A model generated the notes under the pieces. That model worked only from the letters and a program-made list of their open reading frames with translations. It was not told the DNA's origin and did no database searches. A stretch of 64,000 nucleotides of DNA. It comes from a virus. The first letter of the stretch is position 1. Each line of letters opens with the position of its first letter. Shown piece after piece: positions 58,551 through 64,000 of this stretch. The translations under genes were made by a program, and so were the position numbers. The stretch covers positions 58,555-122,554 of the IMG/VR virus record IMGVR_UViG_3300012347_000211. One strand, written 5' to 3'.

Positions 58551-60767
58551 ATGGCAAATCCCTTAACAGCGGTCGCAAGAGGCGCAGTAAACACAGTCGG
58601 CGATGGCGCAAAGCGCGTCAAAGATAGCCTCGCGGCAACAATGCCGAACCCAGCTAAAATGGCCTACGGGCTAGGGCTCGGTCTTGGACCGTTGATCCAG
58701 AACATCGTGAAAGAGATGAAGAAGGATAAGAAGACTGGGGACGACAAGGTCGTTAAGAAACTTGACGAAACAAAGAAGGTAGCAGAGAAGAGTCAGGGCA
58801 AGATGGATGGTCAACTATCAAAGATGACTACTCAACTTGCCATGTCTAACGCTCTGTTGAAGGAAATTCGTAACCTTCAAATCAAACAGATCGCAGCGGT
58901 AGCTAAACAAACTGGCCTGAACAGCTCAGGACGAATGATCCGCGAGTCGGATGCTAGAATCGAAGCTGCTACGGTTGCATCGATTGCTCCTCCTTCCACA
59001 TCCGAAAAAGACGGATCGACAGCTAGCGGCATCAAGACGTTACTAGGAATCGGTCTCGGCGGCATGGCCTTAGGTGAGTTGTGGAAGATGATTCCAAGCG
59101 ACACTAAGGATGAAATAAAGAAGGGCGCATCTAGTCTTGTTACTGGGGTAGCCGATCTGTGGCTAGATTCTCTAAAATCCTCTCCGGCGCTGACTTTGCT
59201 AGGCACATACATGGCTGCAAAGATGACGGGACTGGTCGACCTAGCTGTGATCACAGCCAAGACTGGTATCTTGGCCTGGAAGGGCGCGAGCAAGATCGGT
59301 GGAGCTATTGTTGGTAGTGGAGGCGGTGGTGCTCTAGCTGCACCCGCTGCCGCTGCTACAGGTAATGCTGCCAAGGTAGAAGGGGTTGGTAATGCAGCTC
59401 GTCGTATGTTCGGAATGGAGCAGCGTGTTGGTGGTGTTCCACTTTCAGAAGCGACTGCGGATTACAAAGCAGCATCTAAACAATTCGGCCACGTCCAAGG
59501 TGGTGCTCAAGTAGATGCTCAGATGGCCGCTAAGTATGGCGCAGCCAACGTCGATGCAATCAAAGCTGGAGCTGGCGGCGGAGGTGCCGTCGGTAAGGCT
59601 GCTGAGGCAGGTGCCGATGTAGGCAAGATGGCTGGCGCACTTGGCAAAGTGGCTAGCGTGGCGAGCAAAGCTCTTGGTGCAATCGGCATTGCTGGAAGTG
59701 TATACTCTGGCGTCGAGAACGCGAAAGCAGGAAATACGAAACTAGCAGCATTGGATGCGTTTTCTGCTACTACAGGTGCCGCAGCACTTACTGCTGGTGC
59801 TACTGGTATTGGTGCACCTCTTGCAGCAGGACTCGGTGCAGCATCCATCGTTTCTGGATTGGCATCGGCCATTGGATCGCAGTTTGTATCCAAGGATGAC
59901 AACGGAATTCAACCAAGCAGCACAGCTACTGGACAGGACTCTAAGTCTAGCAATATGCTGGCCGCCAACAAAGAGTTCGATTATGACAAGTACGTCAAAC
60001 TCGTTGGACAAAATGAATCCAACAACAACTACGGCAGCGACAACCAAATTGGATTCTTAGGCCGATATCAGTTCGGCAGTTCAGCATTGGAGACTCTTGG
60101 ATTATTGAAACCAGGGGCATCAGCTGCGTTTGGTGACAGAGGCGGAAATGCTGCTGTATACCACGACGAGGCGTGGGCTAATAATTTGTCACGTGAAAAA
60201 TTCTTGTCCGATCCAGCACTACAAGACGAGATGATGAAGAAGTACACGTCCGCTCATTACCAGGCATTGGAAAAGGCTGGCGTAGTTAAGCAGGGCATGA
60301 AGGGAGAAGATCTTGCATCCCGTCTATATGCTGCTCACCACGGCGGCGTTGGTGGTGCAACGAGGCTATTCCAACAAGGAAAAGACACTGGGGACTTCGC
60401 ATATGCTGGTTCGTCTGTTGGTGGATCTGCTAACAAGATGCTCGCCCAATATTCAGGCAACGCATCTACTACATCACCTTACACGCAAATGGCGAGTGGG
60501 CCTACAGGCAGCGGGTTGACGCCTTCGTCACTGACCAGCCAATCCGCAATGATGAGTCAAACGCTAGCTCAAGCCCAGACTGGATTTGATGCATTGGCTA
60601 AGCAGATGTTCGGACAATCACTCAACATCGATATGTCGAAGCACATTACTGGTGCACTCAAGGATGCAGGACAATCTGGTGGAGGATTGGCAGGGTTGAT
60701 GACAAGCAATCCAAACAACCCGATATCGAAGATGGCATTCAACGCAACCGGTATTCAAACCACATAA
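58551..60767 (+). CDS. Tape-measure-like (gp29 position) protein with C-terminal lysozyme-like domain
   Basis: Ala/Gly/Lys-rich helical protein following gp26/gp51; C-terminal VGQNES.NNY...GFLGRYQFG...LQD..M...LYAAHHGG.GGA lysozyme/transglycosylase-type motifs. Confidence 0.72.
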   Translation: MANPLTAVARGAVNTVGDGAKRVKDSLAATMPNPAKMAYGLGLGLGPLIQNIVKEMKKDKKTGDDKVVKKLDETKKVAEKSQGKMDGQLSKMTTQLAMSNALLKEIRNLQIKQIAAVAKQTGLNSSGRMIRESDARIEAATVASIAPPSTSEKDGSTASGIKTLLGIGLGGMALGELWKMIPSDTKDEIKKGASSLVTGVADLWLDSLKSSPALTLLGTYMAAKMTGLVDLAVITAKTGILAWKGASKIGGAIVGSGGGGALAAPAAAATGNAAKVEGVGNAARRMFGMEQRVGGVPLSEATADYKAASKQFGHVQGGAQVDAQMAAKYGAANVDAIKAGAGGGGAVGKAAEAGADVGKMAGALGKVASVASKALGAIGIAGSVYSGVENAKAGNTKLAALDAFSATTGAAALTAGATGIGAPLAAGLGAASIVSGLASAIGSQFVSKDDNGIQPSSTATGQDSKSSNMLAANKEFDYDKYVKLVGQNESNNNYGSDNQIGFLGRYQFGSSALETLGLLKPGASAAFGDRGGNAAVYHDEAWANNLSREKFLSDPALQDEMMKKYTSAHYQALEKAGVVKQGMKGEDLASRLYAAHHGGVGGATRLFQQGKDTGDFAYAGSSVGGSANKMLAQYSGNASTTSPYTQMASGPTGSGLTPSSLTSQSAMMSQTLAQAQTGFDALAKQMFGQSLNIDMSKHITGALKDAGQSGGGLAGLMTSNPNNPISKMAFNATGIQTT

Positions 60768-60797
60768 AAAAAGGCCCCATAAGGGGCCTTCTCTTTT
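60766..60797. terminator. Bidirectional Rho-independent terminator
   Basis: aaaaa-aaggcccc-ataa-ggggcctt-ctctttt between the convergent tape-measure-like gene and gp32. Confidence 0.9.
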
Positions 60798-61716
60798 ACT
60801 CTTCGCTAGCTAGCTTCTTGAAGAATGCGAGACCTTCGTCGTCCTCATCTTCTTCCCATGCTGGCTTTGCAGCAGCTGGTGGCTTAGGAGCAGCAGCCTT
60901 CTCTTGACGAGGTGCTTGTGCGCGTGGTGCGTCATCTTCGTCTTCAGCACGTCGGGTAGACTGAGCTGCAGAACCGTCGAGGTTCAACACACGATACAAA
61001 CGAGCCTTCAAATCGTCGTAGGACTTGAATTCCGAAGGATCCAAGAACGATTGCAAGGAGAACTCTTGCTTCCATGTAGATTCGAGTTCTTGATCAGTAT
61101 CGAACAATGGAGCAGCTGCTTCGAATTCGGATTTGTCGTAGTTACGATATCCTTCAACGTTGCGGATCTTCAACTTGAAGTTTGCACCTTCCCACAGATC
61201 GAATGGGTTGATTGCAGTCTCATCTTCAAACTCAGGGTGCATAGCGAGGTTGATCTTGTCCCAGATCTTCTTGCCGTACTGGTACAGGAATACCTTACCT
61301 TCGTTTTCTGGATGTGCAGGGTCCTTGACAACATAGATGTTGCTGATGTAAGCCAAGCGACGCTTTTGCTTACGGACTTGTTCTTGATTCTCTTTAGAAC
61401 CTGTTGCCCACAACTGGCTGTTGTACTCAGAGACTGGGTCTTTTTGGCCGAGGGTGGTAAGAGATTTTTCGATGAACCATCCGCCTGGACCTTGGAAGCC
61501 GTGATCCCAGATTCGTACGAACGGGATGTCTTCATTTGCTGGTGCTGGGAGGAATCGAATAACGGCGTAACCGTTACCTGCTTTATCTACTTCTGGCTTC
61601 CAGAAGCGATTGTCTTCTTTAGCGCCCTGTTGCGGGGCGTTGAGTTTTGTCAACTCTTGGTTGAGCTTCGCGAAGCTGTCACCGCGGTTTTTCTTGAGAG
61701 ATGAAAAGTCTGTCAT
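60796..61716 (-). CDS. gp32: Single-stranded DNA-binding protein
   Basis: DNRFWKPEVDKAGNGYAVIRFLPAP, HGFQGPGGWFIEKSLTTLG, YGKKIWDKI, GANFKLKIRNVEGYRNYDKSEF, acidic tail. Start set at ATG 61716 behind a GGAGA Shine-Dalgarno. Confidence 0.97.
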   Translation of the reverse strand: MTDFSSLKKNRGDSFAKLNQELTKLNAPQQGAKEDNRFWKPEVDKAGNGYAVIRFLPAPANEDIPFVRIWDHGFQGPGGWFIEKSLTTLGQKDPVSEYNSQLWATGSKENQEQVRKQKRRLAYISNIYVVKDPAHPENEGKVFLYQYGKKIWDKINLAMHPEFEDETAINPFDLWEGANFKLKIRNVEGYRNYDKSEFEAAAPLFDTDQELESTWKQEFSLQSFLDPSEFKSYDDLKARLYRVLNLDGSAAQSTRRAEDEDDAPRAQAPRQEKAAAPKPPAAAKPAWEEDEDDEGLAFFKKLASEE

Positions 61717-61788
61717 AGTATTCTCCATATAGACGTAGTATTAAAAATGTATATTTGTATATTTCACCATTGGCGCATAATGTACAAG

Positions 61789-61796
61789 TATTTATC
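61789..61796 (-). promoter_or_regulatory. Probable late promoter variant GATAAATA upstream of gp32
   Basis: tatttatc immediately after the gp59 stop codon. Confidence 0.5.
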
Positions 61797-62384
61797 TTAC
61801 TCGATATCGCTAAACTTGTCAATGACGATTTGTTTAGCTTTATTTTTGTCAAACTCAATGAAGGGTTTGTACTTCTTGCAAGTTTTGTAGATCGAAGGCC
61901 AGATGACCTTGTCCTCAATCCTTTTATTCCAATGACCGAAAAACTTGCAAAGGTCATTGAGGATGATCAGCGTCTCGATTGAGATCTTCTTGTGGATGTA
62001 GAGAGTAAGCAGCGTTGGGTGTTGTCCGTTAGTGACAATCACGTTCTGATCAAATGGATCCTCAATATTATTGAGGTCTTCCTTGAACATATACGTCATT
62101 GACTCCTGACGGCCGAGCCACTTCTTGTATCGTGTCTCTGCTTCCTGTTCGTTTGCTATATCGCCAACCCAAAGATCTGGTCCTGACTCAACAATGTTGG
62201 CTAGGATGTACTTAGTCGGATCTTTATGGCGTGCTAGCTTTTCAAAAAAGTGTCTGTCGTTTCTATTCTGGAACGTCTGCTTGTTTGCTCGCGTCTTTCC
62301 TTGATAACGAAAGTAATCGTATGTGTCGCTATTAAAGTGGTTTTTCAAAGCGATGTACGATTTGTATACATCATAACCAGTCAT
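61797..62384 (-). CDS. gp59: Helicase loader
   Basis: YDVYKSYIALKNHF...YDYFRYQGK...F..RNDRHFFEKLA, ISIETLIIL, KKYKPF; upstream of gp32. Confidence 0.92.
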   Translation of the reverse strand: MTGYDVYKSYIALKNHFNSDTYDYFRYQGKTRANKQTFQNRNDRHFFEKLARHKDPTKYILANIVESGPDLWVGDIANEQEAETRYKKWLGRQESMTYMFKEDLNNIEDPFDQNVIVTNGQHPTLLTLYIHKKISIETLIILNDLCKFFGHWNKRIEDKVIWPSIYKTCKKYKPFIEFDKNKAKQIVIDKFSDIE

Positions 62385-62386
62385 AA

Positions 62387-62632
62387 TTAAATAGGGAGTG
62401 TTGCGGTCTTTGGAAGGTAGTTGTTGTCCTCAGCCGACAATCGTACTTTGACCTTGAGCTTGGTGTTGCTCTTGATCAGGTCTGCAGCAGTCTCGATGTC
62501 GATACTGTTCTTTTCACAATAGTACACTACTGCGTCAATATAGTCAAGTCGTTTTTCCTTGACTGTGAGTTCGATTTGTTCAGCGAATGCCTTAGAATCG
62601 ATCAACCCATTTACTTCAATATCATCTGCCAT
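62387..62632 (-). CDS. gp33: Late transcription co-activator
   Basis: FAEQIE..VKEKRLDYIDAVVYYCEKNSIDIE....LI...LK.K....AE..NYL.KT..LPI; 33-59-32 synteny. Confidence 0.9.
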   Translation of the reverse strand: MADDIEVNGLIDSKAFAEQIELTVKEKRLDYIDAVVYYCEKNSIDIETAADLIKSNTKLKVKVRLSAEDNNYLPKTATLPI

Positions 62633-62931
62633 TATTTAAAAACCAAAAAGCCGAGCAATGCAGCCTGGATTACAAACCCGAGACTGATAGTCGTTGTTAT
62701 AAGAGTATCTCGTGTCACCAATGCTTTGATGTAAAGCAACAGGAGACCGAACCAAAGGAAAGCTACAACGTCAATGGATGGTAAGTGGTCCGACACACCA
62801 GTCAACAATCCTACCAAAGGAGGAATCGTCGCACAGTGGATAAACATTACTGCAAGCCAGCCGATCGTGTCAGCTGAAATGTCCTTGACGTACTTCACTA
62901 CTGTGTCTTTGATTTCTCGATATGAGTTCAT
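62632..62931 (-). CDS. Small three-helix membrane protein
   Basis: Three hydrophobic segments (IGWLAVMFIHCATIP, VVAFLWFGLLLLY, ISLGFVIQAALLGFLVF); overlaps both neighbours. Confidence 0.7.
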   Translation of the reverse strand: MNSYREIKDTVVKYVKDISADTIGWLAVMFIHCATIPPLVGLLTGVSDHLPSIDVVAFLWFGLLLLYIKALVTRDTLITTTISLGFVIQAALLGFLVFK

Positions 62932-63485
62932 GCTTTGTCCTTGTAGAAAATATGACGACCGATCTGAATAACTTTGTCTTTATTCCATCTTGGATTGACA
63001 TAGTCAGCGTGGTAGTACAACGCATCCTTTACACTCTTGAGTCGAAACCCTTCGAGTAGAACCATCTTAGCCACTTCTTCGCTTTCAGCATATAAGGGCT
63101 TATGTATCGGACGAACTAGGTGATTTGACTCACATAACCAAGAAAACTGACACACGACCTTATTATACGTTGTAGTCTTCTGATGGACAACGCCGCAGAC
63201 GCTGTTCGGAAACTGACCACTCTCCATTCGGTTGATTGTTACTTGCGCAACAGCAACCTTACCTTCAAACGGCTCGGATGCTGCTTCCCAGTAAATGTTA
63301 CGTGCAAGGCAGTCGAGTTGTTTTTGAATTTGCCTAGCTGACACTGCAGGAGCATCTGTCGGTGCGGATGCTGCAGCTTCTGTTCTTTGTTGAACTGCGA
63401 GGTTCAATGATAGGCCGATAATTAGAATTGCCAAAGAGAACATCGTATACTTAACGACGCGCTCTACTACTGTTGTAGTATTCAT
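62928..63485 (-). CDS. SleB-like cell wall hydrolase (Hydrolase_2) with N-terminal membrane anchor
   Basis: CLARNIYWEA..EPFEGKVAVAQVTINR...FPNSVCGVV.Q...CQFSW.C...ALYYHADYVNP.W...IGRHIFY. Start set at ATG 63485 behind GGAGA. Confidence 0.92.
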   Translation of the reverse strand: MNTTTVVERVVKYTMFSLAILIIGLSLNLAVQQRTEAAASAPTDAPAVSARQIQKQLDCLARNIYWEAASEPFEGKVAVAQVTINRMESGQFPNSVCGVVHQKTTTYNKVVCQFSWLCESNHLVRPIHKPLYAESEEVAKMVLLEGFRLKSVKDALYYHADYVNPRWNKDKVIQIGRHIFYKDKA

Positions 63486-63660
63486 TGCTTGATTCTCCGT
63501 ATTGTTTACCAATGGACGCCTAGTATACTACAACATGGTGTAGATGGCGACATGGCATTACGTAGCACGGCATAGTGCCGTATAGAGGCTGATTAGCTAC
63601 GTGGTTTGTTGTATACCCTACAAAGTGCAGGGTTCAATTGGATTATGATTATTCCATAGA

Positions 63661-64000
63661 GCTAGTTGATTCTGTTTCCAAGTTCAACTAGCAAAACTCA
63701 GATGGGGCCTATTAGGCAGCCATCAAAAAGCTTTCTTCGTTTGCTTTTACTTTAGTTTGCTTGATTAACGGTCATCGCCTACCGTGTTGCCGTCTCTAAT
63801 ATCTACCCCTGTCGAAACCATGACATCCCCATCAGAAACACTTTATAGTGGGATTCGAACCCACACATTGCTACGGTTTTTTCAGGTAGGTTTAAGCATC
63901 CTTCCCTAGCCGTCACGGTATTCCAATTCCCATGCACACAAAGTGTTTTTGGTGGAGATGGCGGGAGTCGAACCCGCGTCCAGAAGTCCTTCGCTTTGAA
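63661..64000 (-). ncRNA. ssrA: Circularly permuted (two-piece) tmRNA gene; 5' start of the acceptor piece probably beyond the window edge
   Basis: Minus strand: acceptor piece ...ACTTCTGGACGCGGGTTCGACTCCCGCCATCTCCACCA ends at 63950; 119-nt intervening segment; coding piece starts GGGGATGTCATGGTTTCGACAGGGGT at 63830. GGGGATG pairs with CATCTCC including G3.U70. Tag frame ANEESFLMAA-TAA-TAG at 63744-63712. Terminal hairpin GCTAGTTGA...TCAACTAGC at 63692-63661. Confidence 0.93.
63841..63943 (-). other. tRNA-like (pseudo-tRNA) structure in the tmRNA intervening segment
   Basis: Acceptor-like stem CTTTGTG/TATAAAG, D-arm CATGG-GAATTGGAATA-CCGTG, perfect T-arm GTGGG-TTCGAAT-CCCAC, enlarged irregular anticodon arm, no CCA. 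Confidence 0.7.

Noticed and set aside
63841-63943. A functional tRNA-Leu(UAA) or tRNA-Phe(GAA)
   Set aside because: The anticodon arm is oversized with mismatches, there is no clean 5-bp stem with 7-nt loop and no CCA; reported only as tRNA-like.
63950-63990. 3' tRNA fragment as a prophage attachment site
   Set aside because: It pairs precisely with the GGGGATG coding piece downstream as a permuted tmRNA, and no integrase or host genes are present.

Overview
This window comes from a large T4-like myophage genome. It covers nearly the whole tail, baseplate, neck and packaging region plus a few replication/late-transcription genes. Minus strand, read right to left: gp48, gp53, gp27-like hub, gp5, PAAR, gp25, gp6, a giant gp7, gp8, a VrlC/DUF4815 protein, several fibre genes, an accessory block, gp13, gp14, gp15, gp16, gp17, and gp18 running off the left edge. 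The accessory block holds a 2OG-Fe(II)-oxygenase-like/CxxCxxCC fusion, a SAM methyltransferase, a TPR-glycosyltransferase and three RCC1-repeat proteins. Plus strand: gp4, gp2, gp54, gp26/gp51 and a tape-measure-like gene. At the right end, on the minus strand, are a permuted two-piece tmRNA, a SleB-like hydrolase, gp33, gp59 and gp32. Most notable observations: (1) an apparently nested 'matryoshka' domain architecture in gp7, with 11 orphan first strands matched by 11 strand-less domain bodies; (2) a flagellin-glycosylation-like enzyme trio behind a late promoter, alongside a pervasive [A/G/S]-N-x-[S/T] motif in virion proteins, suggesting phage-encoded virion modification; (3) a permuted tmRNA whose intervening segment folds as a tRNA-like cloverleaf; (4) a probable -1 frameshift fusing gp26 to a start-less gp51 just before the tape measure gene; (5) late promoters placed inside hairpins or terminators. 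All family assignments come from motif recognition and synteny by eye; no database searches were run.
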